DNA from: Verrucomicrobiaceae bacterium | GTDB taxonomy: Bacteria; Verrucomicrobiota; Verrucomicrobiia; Verrucomicrobiales; Akkermansiaceae | Direction of reading: 5' to 3' | Assembly: GCA_051252135.1 (NCBI GenBank) | Contig: JBPOGH010000008.1 | Coordinates: forward strand, 64,001 to 128,000 | DNA length: 64,000 nucleotides | Shown here: piece after piece, positions 38,978 through 48,664 of the stretch | Numbering within the stretch: the stretch's first letter is position 1 | How the letters are laid out: every line of letters begins with the position of its first letter | The notes under the pieces: model-generated | What the model was told of the DNA's origin: nothing | Database searches by the model: none | What the model saw: the letters and a program-made list of their open reading frames with translations, nothing else | Made by a program: the position numbers and the translations under genes

Positions 38978-40036
38978 TCAAATGCGACGGGTTGGCACCG
39001 AGATGACGTCTCCGGGCGAAAGGTAAAACAACGGGACTTCCCCATCCGCCATCTTGCGGAGGTTCAGCGTGTAAGTCTGCTTCCCCTCTTTGGTGGTGCG
39101 GGTGATCTTCACTTTCTCCTCGTTCCCCAACCGCTTGTATCCCCCGGCCCGACCGATCGCATTGAGGATGCTCATCCGCCCATCAAGGCTGAAGGCGATG
39201 GGGCCCGGCCGATTGACCTCTCCCACTACCGTGACCGATTTCCCCACGTAGAGACTCGCCGGAATCGTCACCACATCCCCGGGGGCCAGCAACGTGGTCC
39301 CGCCCGTGTTGATCCTCATCAGCTTCGTCCCCCGCTTGATCGTGGCCCGCTTAAGATCGGCCGCCTCGGAAAGACCTCCCGCTTTCCCAATCAAAGTCCC
39401 AAGATCCAGCCGACCACTCAACGGAAAGGGAAAGGTATCCGCATTCTCGATCTCACCCACAATGGTCACCGAGGTATTGGCAAATCGATTCATCGGGACG
39501 TCGATCCGATCACCATTCTGAAGTAAAATCTGCCCCGCTCCCGGTTCCTGAAGCTTCCCGAAGGAATACGTCGTCGTCAGATCATTTCGATTGAGCCGAA
39601 TACCGTCACCGTCCGCAAACTTGGCCAAGCCCCCCGCCCCGGCAATCGCCGTCACCAAATCAAGGGGAGAATCCTGGGGAATTTCTATCTCCCCCGGTGC
39701 ATTCACTGCCCCGATCACGGTGACCCGTTCCTGCCGCGCCTTGATCAGGGTCACCGTCACTTCGGGACTGACAAGCCAGCCATCCAGATAGGCTTCCGTG
39801 ATCGCCTCTTTCGCCTGTCCCAAGGTGAGACCCGACAGGTTGATGGAACCAATGAACTTGAACGAGGCCTCCCCCGTCTTGGTCAGCGTCGTTTCCGTAG
39901 TGAGATCTTCCTCCTGATAGACCGTCACCCCAATTTGATCAAATGCCTGGAGCCGATAGGCAAAGTCATCCTCAGCGCGGCAGCATAACGCGGTCGCTAT
40001 CCCGAGGAAAACCACGAGGAGCCGAATAGATATCAT
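38978..40036 (-). CDS. wza: Polysaccharide export protein with SLBB repeats
   Basis: YRL..DQIGVTVYQEEDL; repeated VTVIGAVNAPG/AIAGAGG units; PGDVISVP. Confidence 0.88.
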   Translation of the reverse strand: MISIRLLVVFLGIATALCCRAEDDFAYRLQAFDQIGVTVYQEEDLTTETTLTKTGEASFKFIGSINLSGLTLGQAKEAITEAYLDGWLVSPEVTVTLIKARQERVTVIGAVNAPGEIEIPQDSPLDLVTAIAGAGGLAKFADGDGIRLNRNDLTTTYSFGKLQEPGAGQILLQNGDRIDVPMNRFANTSVTIVGEIENADTFPFPLSGRLDLGTLIGKAGGLSEAADLKRATIKRGTKLMRINTGGTTLLAPGDVVTIPASLYVGKSVTVVGEVNRPGPIAFSLDGRMSILNAIGRAGGYKRLGNEEKVKITRTTKEGKQTYTLNLRKMADGEVPLFYLSPGDVISVPTRRI

Positions 40037-40052
40037 GGGGGGAGAAGTTAGA

Positions 40053-41483
40053 TCAGAATCGGTAGTTCAATGACACCGATGCCGTAGTCTGTTTGAAAGA
40101 CCGGCCCCCTAAATTCTCGGAATGTGAAAGGTTTGTCGATATTGATATTCCGGACCAGAGAGAAGGGTGTGAATAACTGAGAAAAATTACTCTGTATTCT
40201 TGGCCCGGACGCCCTACCAAACCCTGCGAATTTATAAAATCGGTCGTACTTTGAGAGTAACTCAACGAAGCATGGGACAACCCGAAAAATCGCCTCACCC
40301 CCAACGAGAACGTCCGATCTTCCAGTGACTCGTTCGAAGTGACCATCGAAGGGCTGTTCCGCATCCGCAAACTGGCCCAAGCCTCCCACTCATCGGACGG
40401 AGAGTAGGTCATGCTCAACGCCCCACTCAAGGCCTGGTCCCCGCTCCCCAGTGCCCCCGCGTTTTGCTCAAAGACATCGTTCCCAAAAACCCGATTCAAT
40501 TCCCTGTTCCGAAGCTGATCGATGGAGATCGACTCATACGCCAGGTCGCCCCGAAAACTCCAGATATCATCCAACTCATAGTCCAACCGAATCGACCCCG
40601 TCGGCGAAATCCGATCCGCAATCCCCGGCTGATCCGCACTCACCAGCTCCGCTCCCAAATTCATCGAAAGATTGGTCTTCGCGCTGTAATCATAATCCGC
40701 CCGCGCCAACAACCCCACACTGTCAAATCCACCCGTACTGTCGGAATCGGTCGAAGCATAGCGCAATGACGGTCCCACACTCAAAAGCGGAGTCGCTTCC
40801 CACAAAGCGGAAACACTCGCCCCCAATCCCGAATTGTTGCTCAACGGACTGATGCTGTTTTCACGCCGCGTAAAATTCACATCTCCAAGAATCTGCGTCT
40901 TGGCCGACCACTCATGACGACCGGATAGCGACACCCCCAAAGTCGTGTTCCGCGCGAAGTCCTCCGCCAGCCGGTTCGAATCATTGGAAAGATTAAAGGT
41001 CGTTCCAAAGGTCACCCACGTCTTCGCCCCCTCATAGGAAGCCGTAGCGTTGAAAAGGTGATCCGTGTTATCGGCTATCGCCCCCCCGTGGTAAAAATTC
41101 AACCGGGGATTGTAACTCGCTCCAACCACAAAGACCGCCCTTCCCTTGGGAGCCGAGCGATAGGAAACGCCCGGGCTCAGACTCGTATAAAACACCCCAC
41201 TCGCATTCGTCTGGCTGATCCGGGGGTTGGAGTTGAACGTCTCCTGGACTCTCATCGAAAAATCAAATCCCTCGGAGGAGCTGTCCCGCAAACTCCCGTT
41301 CGTAAAGAGCTCCACCGCCTCCTCAAAAGTCTGCGGAATCTGCGGAATCCCATCCAACCCCGGACCCATCATAAAATCCGGATTCACATACTCCGGATCC
41401 TCCTCAAATGATTCCTCCTCCTCGAATTCCTGAGCGCCCGCCACCCCGACTGCAAACAGAACGGAAAGCCAGAAACGGAACAT
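40053..41483 (-). CDS. Outer-membrane beta-barrel protein of the EPS/exosortase locus
   Basis: Signal peptide, alternating beta-strand pattern, terminal VSLNYRF. Confidence 0.85.
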   Translation of the reverse strand: MFRFWLSVLFAVGVAGAQEFEEEESFEEDPEYVNPDFMMGPGLDGIPQIPQTFEEAVELFTNGSLRDSSSEGFDFSMRVQETFNSNPRISQTNASGVFYTSLSPGVSYRSAPKGRAVFVVGASYNPRLNFYHGGAIADNTDHLFNATASYEGAKTWVTFGTTFNLSNDSNRLAEDFARNTTLGVSLSGRHEWSAKTQILGDVNFTRRENSISPLSNNSGLGASVSALWEATPLLSVGPSLRYASTDSDSTGGFDSVGLLARADYDYSAKTNLSMNLGAELVSADQPGIADRISPTGSIRLDYELDDIWSFRGDLAYESISIDQLRNRELNRVFGNDVFEQNAGALGSGDQALSGALSMTYSPSDEWEAWASLRMRNSPSMVTSNESLEDRTFSLGVRRFFGLSHASLSYSQSTTDFINSQGLVGRPGQEYRVIFLSYSHPSLWSGISISTNLSHSENLGGRSFKQTTASVSLNYRF

Positions 41484-41491
41484 GCCCGAGG

Positions 41492-42160
41492 CTAATCCTT
41501 CAGCTGGCAGTTCGCCAAGACCAAGCTCTCAAAAATACCATCCGCCTCCTCCCCTTCCCCATACCCCGTAATCAATGCCAGGATCAAACTCGCCGCCGGA
41601 ACACTCTTCCGATTCCAAATGAAATCCGCCCGCATCCCCCAACTGTCAAAATCCGGAACCTCGTTCTCCTCCCAATTGTCAAATCCCAGCCACACCAACT
41701 TATAGACAAAAAGCGGACCCCGCTCGGCCGGATGGGTGAATTCATAACGCTGAATGCGACAATTCGGAAACGCACTTTCAAATCCCGGCACGCTGGGACC
41801 ATCCACCAAAACCGCTCCCGAGGACGGCATGCAAATATCCGGCGAATGCCCGAACAGATCCCGCCACAACCGCCCGTTTCCCGGATCATACTCCATCGCG
41901 ATCACCGTGAGACTTCGCGCCGGATCATCATCCAAATAGGAACGCTGATAACTCCTGCTCCGATCAAAAGACAGGATGTCCCCCGCCCGGCTGTTCGACA
42001 GGGGAAGCTCCTCAATGTCCGGCGATGGCTCATGCTCCCGCAAGTGCAGCATGCCCGCCTCCCCCTTCCCGGTAGCCGGAAACCAGAGTCGCGGGACCAC
42101 TTCACTCATACCAATCGCCACAAGGACGATGACCGGAATTGCTACCTTCGCTGCGATCAT
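41492..42160 (-). CDS. Exosortase-associated EpsI-like protein
   Basis: N-terminal anchor, HSPDICMPSSG motif, directly after the exosortase. Confidence 0.8.
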   Translation of the reverse strand: MIAAKVAIPVIVLVAIGMSEVVPRLWFPATGKGEAGMLHLREHEPSPDIEELPLSNSRAGDILSFDRSRSYQRSYLDDDPARSLTVIAMEYDPGNGRLWRDLFGHSPDICMPSSGAVLVDGPSVPGFESAFPNCRIQRYEFTHPAERGPLFVYKLVWLGFDNWEENEVPDFDSWGMRADFIWNRKSVPAASLILALITGYGEGEEADGIFESLVLANCQLKD

Positions 42161-42166
42161 GGCATT

Positions 42167-43024
42167 CTATTTTTTACGAACGGTCGGTCGGCGGTGAATC
42201 CACCAGGCCAGAAAGGAAACCCCTCCGTAGACAATCAGAAGCACCACCAACCCCACCGGATCATGCGCCGCTTCTACCGCTTCTTCCGTTTCATGATTCG
42301 CAATCCTGCCCAACATGAAAACCCGAAACACGTTACCCACCACCGCCAGCAAAAGTCCACCCGCCAGGAGAACCAATCGCTGCCACCACGCCCCCCGGCA
42401 GATCTCACCCAGAAATAACGCCGCCGCCGCACTGCTTTGAAACGACCGAATCCCGCTACAACCCTCCGCGATATCCAGCGGCACCGACCTCGTGATCAAC
42501 AACTGCCCAACCCGCTCCACCATTTCCCCCGAAAGCAACAACAGAGAGTGGCCCGCTTGAGTCACCATTTCCGTCAGCCCGTCCACCAATGGATTCTCAA
42601 TCATACTCGGAAGAGGAACCGCCGTCAGACAAAGCAAGGTCGCGGGAAGACAAGCCACACTCATCCTCCGCCCTCCATCCACCACCAGCAACAGATGAAA
42701 AAGAAACAGTGAACTCACTGCATGAACCCAAAGCGGAAGCCGCCACAAGGGATCCATCGTCTCACTCAACCGCAATGGAATCAGCAGAAATAAAAAAGCC
42801 AGCCCGGCAGCGATCCACACCTTTCCCGGCAGCTCGCTCTCCCCCTTCCATTCCAATCTTCGCTGCCAGAAAACAAAGGCGCATCCCGGAATCACCAACC
42901 ACCCGAAATCATAGTATCCCGCTCGATCCCAACTTGGCGAAAGGACCCAAAATAACTGCCCCGCCGTCGCCACCATCGCCAGCATCACCAGGACGCGCGC
43001 AATAGAGGAAGTTTGACCTAACAT
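42167..43024 (-). CDS. Exosortase
   Basis: Multi-TM; YDFGWLV; catalytic Cys IAEGCSGIRS, Arg GNVFRV, His AHDP. Confidence 0.93.
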   Translation of the reverse strand: MLGQTSSIARVLVMLAMVATAGQLFWVLSPSWDRAGYYDFGWLVIPGCAFVFWQRRLEWKGESELPGKVWIAAGLAFLFLLIPLRLSETMDPLWRLPLWVHAVSSLFLFHLLLVVDGGRRMSVACLPATLLCLTAVPLPSMIENPLVDGLTEMVTQAGHSLLLLSGEMVERVGQLLITRSVPLDIAEGCSGIRSFQSSAAAALFLGEICRGAWWQRLVLLAGGLLLAVVGNVFRVFMLGRIANHETEEAVEAAHDPVGLVVLLIVYGGVSFLAWWIHRRPTVRKK

Positions 43025-43090
43025 TGAATTTCTCCTTCAAGCTCTAATCTGTTTTGGCTCAATAGAGAAGCCCATAAGATGAACCCGCTT

Positions 43091-44770
43091 CTACTCCGGC
43101 AGCCCCGCCCACTCCTTCCGCAGAAACTCTAACAGATACCTGGGAATCTTCGCCGTCTCCATCGATTGCGTCACCTTCTTCGCCTCCTCCACCCTGCCAT
43201 TGGCAAAAAACACCGTTGCCAAAATTGCCCGATCCTGGGCCACCATCTTCTCCGGATCTGCATTCTTCAAATACGATAAGGCCTTTGCCGGATTGCTCGA
43301 TAGGTGTGTCAGCGACAAGGCCGCAGCCAGCGATGGATCCGGGGTTTCCCGGTGAAGCGGAATCAAAAGACGCCGTGCCCTCGACAAATCCCGCCCCGTG
43401 ATCGCCAGCATCATTCCATAACGAAACTTCGCAAATCGATCCTCGGGCTGGCCCGCGGAATAGCGCTCGTAAAAATCACAGATCGCTTCCGCATCGTAAT
43501 CCAAATATCCCTCCACAAAGACCAACTCGTTCGCCGCCGGAAGCTTGGCCGGTATCAATTCCGTGATCGCCTCCACCAATTTGCGCGCACTCTCCCCATC
43601 CCTCAAATGTTCCGCCACCCGCAGGCAATCGGCCAAGGCCTCATAATCTCCCTTCAACCCCGCCGCCTCAATCGCCCGTGACCGATGAAACATACTCTGG
43701 GTTTTGTTCCCGAGCCGATACTCCAGACAGGCTCGCGTCACCTCCACCAAATGCCGCTCCATCCTCGGATGCGGATTCCCAAGCTCCTCCAACGCCTCCG
43801 CAAATTGCTCCGCATCCATCAACGCCTGCAACCGGGCCACGTATGTGATGAGCTCTTCCGTCGTGAGAGCCATAAGCTCTCCCCTCTCCCCGTTCAACAA
43901 AAGCCAGCGTGCCAGGTTCTCCGAATCCACCCTCTGATAGCGGGCCACCACTTCCTGAACCAAAGCCGCGCGCGTTGCCGCATCACTCCGCTTCATCTCC
44001 AGACTGTAGGCGAGAAGCCGATCACTGCTCGTCCCTAACTCCTCCTTGTCCAACCAGGCTCCCAATGCCCTTCCATCAAAAAGCTCCTCTGCATTCTCCA
44101 ATGCCCCGATCGACCGAAACGCGCGCAACGCCTCTTCCGGCTCGGCGTTTTCCAGATCGGTCTCGATCAACAGCGCCGCCAGCTTCCTCGCCGGTTCGTT
44201 GTCCGGAAGCTCTCCTAAAAGTTGACGCACAAAATGCCACTCCGTGTCCCCCACCTCCTCATCAAACCATTGTTGGGTGGAAAGGAAGGCCTCGGCCGGC
44301 TTCCCTTCCAGATAAAGAAGTCGCGACCTCATAAACCCCACCTCATCCGTCTCCCCCAGTTCATCCGGAAGGGCCTCCTCAATCTTCCGGAATAGATTCA
44401 ACTGACCGAGCGCCAGCGCTCCCTCCATCATGTTCAAATACGACTCGTTCTCCGATGGCGGGCACGCCAGCAATCGCTCCGCGATTTGAATGTGACTCGG
44501 CGAGCGAAGCCTTCGTGACAAATCAAGCAGCTCCAACAACTCACCCTCCGAGTAATCCGATAGCTGCCACGCCAACATCAGCTGATTGTGCGCCCCAAGA
44601 TAATCCCCTTTTTCCAGATGACTCGCACCCTCCGCCACCGCCGCCTCAAATCTCCAGTTCCAGACAAACCGCTTCAGCGGTCCGCTAAAAATCAATGCCA
44701 GCACCCCGATCGTCAGAAACGCCGCCCCCGCCACACGAATTCTGCTTCGTCTCGTTGCCTTCTTTGCCAT
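43091..44770 (-). CDS. Membrane-anchored TPR-like helical protein (paralog A)
   Basis: Basic N-terminus plus TM, Ala/Leu/Glu/Arg helical repeats; colinear similarity to 46888-48603. Confidence 0.82.
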   Translation of the reverse strand: MAKKATRRSRIRVAGAAFLTIGVLALIFSGPLKRFVWNWRFEAAVAEGASHLEKGDYLGAHNQLMLAWQLSDYSEGELLELLDLSRRLRSPSHIQIAERLLACPPSENESYLNMMEGALALGQLNLFRKIEEALPDELGETDEVGFMRSRLLYLEGKPAEAFLSTQQWFDEEVGDTEWHFVRQLLGELPDNEPARKLAALLIETDLENAEPEEALRAFRSIGALENAEELFDGRALGAWLDKEELGTSSDRLLAYSLEMKRSDAATRAALVQEVVARYQRVDSENLARWLLLNGERGELMALTTEELITYVARLQALMDAEQFAEALEELGNPHPRMERHLVEVTRACLEYRLGNKTQSMFHRSRAIEAAGLKGDYEALADCLRVAEHLRDGESARKLVEAITELIPAKLPAANELVFVEGYLDYDAEAICDFYERYSAGQPEDRFAKFRYGMMLAITGRDLSRARRLLIPLHRETPDPSLAAALSLTHLSSNPAKALSYLKNADPEKMVAQDRAILATVFFANGRVEEAKKVTQSMETAKIPRYLLEFLRKEWAGLPE

Positions 44771-44858
44771 TTCGTATCCCTCGGATTACGCCACTGTCGC
44801 ACATCCTCACCGCCACCACCATTCGGAATTCCTGATATTCAAGAACATCCCCGCATCA

Positions 44859-45674
44859 TCACCGGCGCCTTCTCTTCCAACCCCACGGCAACAGCATCGC
44901 CATCAGGGGCAAACAAGCGCCCAACTCGGGCACCGCCAAGGAATTCTTGGTCAGGGAGATCGAAGACTCTCCATAGGACAACTCGTAACCCGCCGGCATG
45001 CCATACACTTCATAAAATCGCCCCCGTCCTTCACCCGGCTTCACCGTCACAAATGTATAGGACTCCTCCGTGAGCTCGCTGAGAACATTAAAAGTAATAA
45101 TACTTCCGTTGATCGCCATCGCACCGGCCGTGGTCACAAGGTCGGTCCCCTGTTCTCCACCGAGATCGATGTACCAATTGTGATCCATGAGTTCCATATC
45201 TCCGTCCGAAGAAATCACTCCCAAGGTCCCGTTCCCACCCGGACTCACTGTTCCGGACTTACCGCTTCCCTCCCATCTCCCGTCATCGGGCCACCACGGA
45301 GAGTTTCCCTGCGCATCATCCCCCGTCCGCCCAGCCTCCCGACTTCCTGCCTCCTGGGCGAAATAAGCTTCCGCTTGATCGACCGCCGCAGCCATCAGAA
45401 GACCACGCTCAGCGTTCGTCAGTTTCAAAGTCCTCCCATACTTGTAGGCATCCTCCGCAATGTGATCGACAAGATCCCCGGCGCGTGTGTTCCCGCCCTT
45501 TCGAACCTCCTTTAATAGCCTCTCATTGAGCGACTCCGAGGCCGTCTGAAAGAGCGCAGAAGGGGGTCCCTGCTCCTCATTAAGAAGAGCCGTTCCTCCA
45601 CCGCCCTTCTGGGCAGCAGCTGGCTGGCAGGCCAAAAGGCCCAATATGAATATTCCTAGTCTGTGGGGGGTCAT
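44859..45674 (-). CDS. Exosortase target with variant sorting signal
   Basis: Signal ..AAA|QKGGGG; tail VPELGACLPLMAMLLPWGWKRRRR. Confidence 0.87.
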   Translation of the reverse strand: MTPHRLGIFILGLLACQPAAAQKGGGGTALLNEEQGPPSALFQTASESLNERLLKEVRKGGNTRAGDLVDHIAEDAYKYGRTLKLTNAERGLLMAAAVDQAEAYFAQEAGSREAGRTGDDAQGNSPWWPDDGRWEGSGKSGTVSPGGNGTLGVISSDGDMELMDHNWYIDLGGEQGTDLVTTAGAMAINGSIITFNVLSELTEESYTFVTVKPGEGRGRFYEVYGMPAGYELSYGESSISLTKNSLAVPELGACLPLMAMLLPWGWKRRRR

Positions 45675-45822
45675 CTTTCGTAAGGGGGTGAAGTCCTGTA
45701 GAAAAATGCTCTCGTTCCGGCCTGAAATACATCAGGTCCTCAACGGGCAGTGCTTAAATATTCAACAACCATTGATTAGATGCAAGTATTTTTTATTAAA
45801 CCCCTATAACTTCCCGCGATTC

Positions 45823-45859
45823 TCCGGTTGGTTTTATAAAACTTACAAAATCAACCGGA
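45823..45859. promoter_or_regulatory. Inverted repeat in an AT-rich intergenic region
   Basis: tccggttggttttataa...ttacaaaatcaaccgga, 15/17 complementary. Confidence 0.5.
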
Positions 45860-45920
45860 AGCGCTCCCATTGATTAAAAATTCCAATTCTACAATTGCCC
45901 CCCGTCCCCGCAAAAATCTG

Positions 45921-46799
45921 CTATGTTTGACGTCGCCGACCAATAAACCACGGCCCCATCATGGCCATCAGCGGTAAAACCGTCCCCAGTTCTGGCACAG
46001 CAAGCGACGAGGATTTGGCCAGCGAGATCGAGGACTCCCCATACACCAGCTCATATCCGCTGGGCATCCCGTTCACCACGCAGAATCGACCGCGTCCATA
46101 CCCCGGATACACCGTCACAAATGTGTAGGAGTCGGCGGTCAACGTACCCATGACATTCAGATTCAGAATACTGTCATTAATCGCCATCGCCCCCGCCGCA
46201 TACACCAAATCCACCCCACTGCTGGGAGTGACATCAATGTACCACGTGTGATTGGGAACCTCCAAATCCCCATCCGTCCCATGGGTTCCAATCAAAGTCT
46301 GCCCCCCTGGGCTGACCGTCCCGCTCGTCCCGTCACAGGCAAAATTTGTCGACTGCGGCCACCACGGGGAAGTATTGCCCACATCTCCGGTCCGTCCATC
46401 TCCCCGGTCGTCACCCGTTCCATCGCTCTCGCCTGAGATCGTGTTTGCCATATCCACACTGGCCGCCACCAATTCTGCCACTTCCACATCGGTAAAACTT
46501 TGGGAAACCGTCTCGGTCCTCACCGTCTCCGCCACATTATCGACGATATCTCCTTCTTTGACATTCGAATCAAAACTCGTCGCGGAACGCTCACTGTTCA
46601 CCTTCGAGCGGAGACTGGAAACATAATTCTGATAGGCAGCGCTGCGACTTCGGTCATCAACCCTCGCGGCATCACTCACCGTTCCAGAGCCAACCACCCC
46701 ATCAGTGCCACTCGAGCCACCTTCTTTTTGCGCCGAAGCAATCCCGCTTGCTGCGATGAGTGAACACAAGTATCTGGCAAAAAGGCGATATCTGATCAT
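45921..46799 (-). CDS. Exosortase target with variant sorting signal
   Basis: Signal ..ASA|QKEGGSSG; tail VPELGTVLPLMAMMGPWFIGRRRQT; paralog of 44859-45674. Confidence 0.87.
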   Translation of the reverse strand: MIRYRLFARYLCSLIAASGIASAQKEGGSSGTDGVVGSGTVSDAARVDDRSRSAAYQNYVSSLRSKVNSERSATSFDSNVKEGDIVDNVAETVRTETVSQSFTDVEVAELVAASVDMANTISGESDGTGDDRGDGRTGDVGNTSPWWPQSTNFACDGTSGTVSPGGQTLIGTHGTDGDLEVPNHTWYIDVTPSSGVDLVYAAGAMAINDSILNLNVMGTLTADSYTFVTVYPGYGRGRFCVVNGMPSGYELVYGESSISLAKSSSLAVPELGTVLPLMAMMGPWFIGRRRQT

Positions 46800-46887
46800 G
46801 GGGGGAGGGGGTACGTATCCGAAGCCCGGACACTCCGATAATTGTTATTCACAATCGGCTCCCTTGCCAAGGATTAATTAAGAGATC

Positions 46888-48603
46888 TTAATCTTTCAAT
46901 CCCCTGCTTTTAAGCTCTGCCCACAAGCCTCCCAGATAACTCCCAAGCAAAGGACTCACCTCCTCCATTCTCACCGTATCCAAGAGCAACAACGCCTCCT
47001 CACGCTCTCCATTGAGATGAAGAATTGTTGCCAATATGGCCTTCGCTGGAGGCTTCAAATTCCTCGGATCCACCTGAGCCACTTCTTCTTTCGCCCCCTC
47101 GGGATCCTCCGGTAAGTAGGTTAGGCCCAAGGCACAAGCCAGGGAATCCGTCGGACTCGCATTAAAAACCGGACGCAGCAATCTGCGTGCCCGCTGCGCA
47201 TCCCGACCCGTCACCGTCAACAGCAAGGCATACTTCCTCCTGATGAACACATCCTCCGGTATCGCCGCGTGGCACCTCTCGTAAAAACCACACAAGGACT
47301 TCAAATCGTCCTTCAAATAACCATCAATAAAACCCAACTGGCTCGCCGGTGGCAGCTTGAGAGGATTGAGCTGAATCAGGGACTCGATAATCTTACGCTC
47401 CGACTCCCGATCGCCAAATCGATTGGCAACCACCAGAATCGATCGAAAGGCCTCAAAGGAATCCTCATAAGCCGCCGCCTTGATTGCCCGATTCCTAAAA
47501 TGAAGATTGGTGGTCGGCTCACCCAACCCAAAGGCCACCCCGGATCGCAGGGCCTCAATCAAATGGGTTGCCACTTTGAAATGGGGATTCTCAAGTTGCT
47601 CCCGCGCCTCCTCAAACTTCCCTCCATCAATCAGCACCTGAATCCTTGCCAAATAAACCGTCTCGGACTCCTCCTCTCCTGTCTCCGGCCCGGCAGGATG
47701 AATCTCTCCGCCCAACCCGTTCTCAAGAAGCCATCGCGAAAAGGCATCCGGTGATGCGCTCCCAAATTCGGACCGAACCTCGGCCAGAATACGACCCCTC
47801 TCCGCTTCGGACGCCCCCCGCACTCGAAGCGAATGGGCAAAAAGGATCTCTTCCTCGCCCCCCAATTGCCCCTCTTTCAACCGGAGCAGCAGCTCATCGC
47901 CATCAAACCACCGTTCCGCTCCCGGAAACCCCCGAATCTCCCGGTATGCCGTCAACGCCACCTCCCGGTCTTCGGATGCCAGATCCACCTTGATCAATTC
48001 GGCGGCCTCCCGAAAGGCTTCGGCATTTCCCCCGCCCACCAACAACATCTGTCTCACCAATGATCGGGTCTCCGGAGTCGGCGCTTCTGCCAAACACTCC
48101 CTCGCCGCAACAAGCGCTTGTTCCTTCCTTCCGGTCAAAAAAAGAAACCGGCTCCTCAATGCCCTGATCTCCATCTCTCCCTGTAACAAGACTGGAATTG
48201 CGGACTCCACTTCTTCAAAAAGATCATGTTCATTGAAAATCAGACAGCCCTCCAAAATTGACCGGTAATCTTCCTTGGTCCCTTCACCACCCGATACCAT
48301 CCGCCGGGCGATATCGGAAAATCTCCCCGAACCGGTCATCCTCGAAAGAACAAGCATCTCCCGCAGTTCCCTCAGGGAACGATCCGAGACCTGCCAGGCA
48401 AGATCCAACCGCTCTCTTGCACCCGGAATCTGACCGGCACTCACCTTCTCCGTCGCCTGCTCCATCGCTGTCTTGTAGCGCAGGCGCCAGACCCAGTCCT
48501 TCGCCGGAATGGCAACCGGAATTAGGATTCCCAGCAAGATCGCCACGATCCACCAGCGCCTCCTCGAGGTTTCTGCCTGTGATGATCGGTTTCGGGTAGG
48601 CAT
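46888..48603 (-). CDS. Membrane-anchored TPR-like helical protein (paralog B)
   Basis: Shares LAWQ(L/V)SD, NPH, RAI(E/K)AA, KLP, FYER, TGRD..RARRLL with 43091-44770. Confidence 0.82.
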   Translation of the reverse strand: MPTRNRSSQAETSRRRWWIVAILLGILIPVAIPAKDWVWRLRYKTAMEQATEKVSAGQIPGARERLDLAWQVSDRSLRELREMLVLSRMTGSGRFSDIARRMVSGGEGTKEDYRSILEGCLIFNEHDLFEEVESAIPVLLQGEMEIRALRSRFLFLTGRKEQALVAARECLAEAPTPETRSLVRQMLLVGGGNAEAFREAAELIKVDLASEDREVALTAYREIRGFPGAERWFDGDELLLRLKEGQLGGEEEILFAHSLRVRGASEAERGRILAEVRSEFGSASPDAFSRWLLENGLGGEIHPAGPETGEEESETVYLARIQVLIDGGKFEEAREQLENPHFKVATHLIEALRSGVAFGLGEPTTNLHFRNRAIKAAAYEDSFEAFRSILVVANRFGDRESERKIIESLIQLNPLKLPPASQLGFIDGYLKDDLKSLCGFYERCHAAIPEDVFIRRKYALLLTVTGRDAQRARRLLRPVFNASPTDSLACALGLTYLPEDPEGAKEEVAQVDPRNLKPPAKAILATILHLNGEREEALLLLDTVRMEEVSPLLGSYLGGLWAELKSRGLKD

Positions 48604-48629
48604 AAAAAAGACTGCGCGAACGGCAGTCT
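48604..48629 (-). terminator. Terminator-like hairpin abutting the paralog B start codon
   Basis: Minus strand agactgc-cgttcgc-gcagtct, then a U tract, then ATG. Confidence 0.55.
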
Positions 48630-48664
48630 GACAAAATTATCCCCCTGGGGCAACACACCGGTCT

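Noticed and set aside
46850..46872. TGGCA on the minus strand as a sigma-54 promoter for the sorting targets
   Set aside because: No GC at the -12 position with the required spacing.
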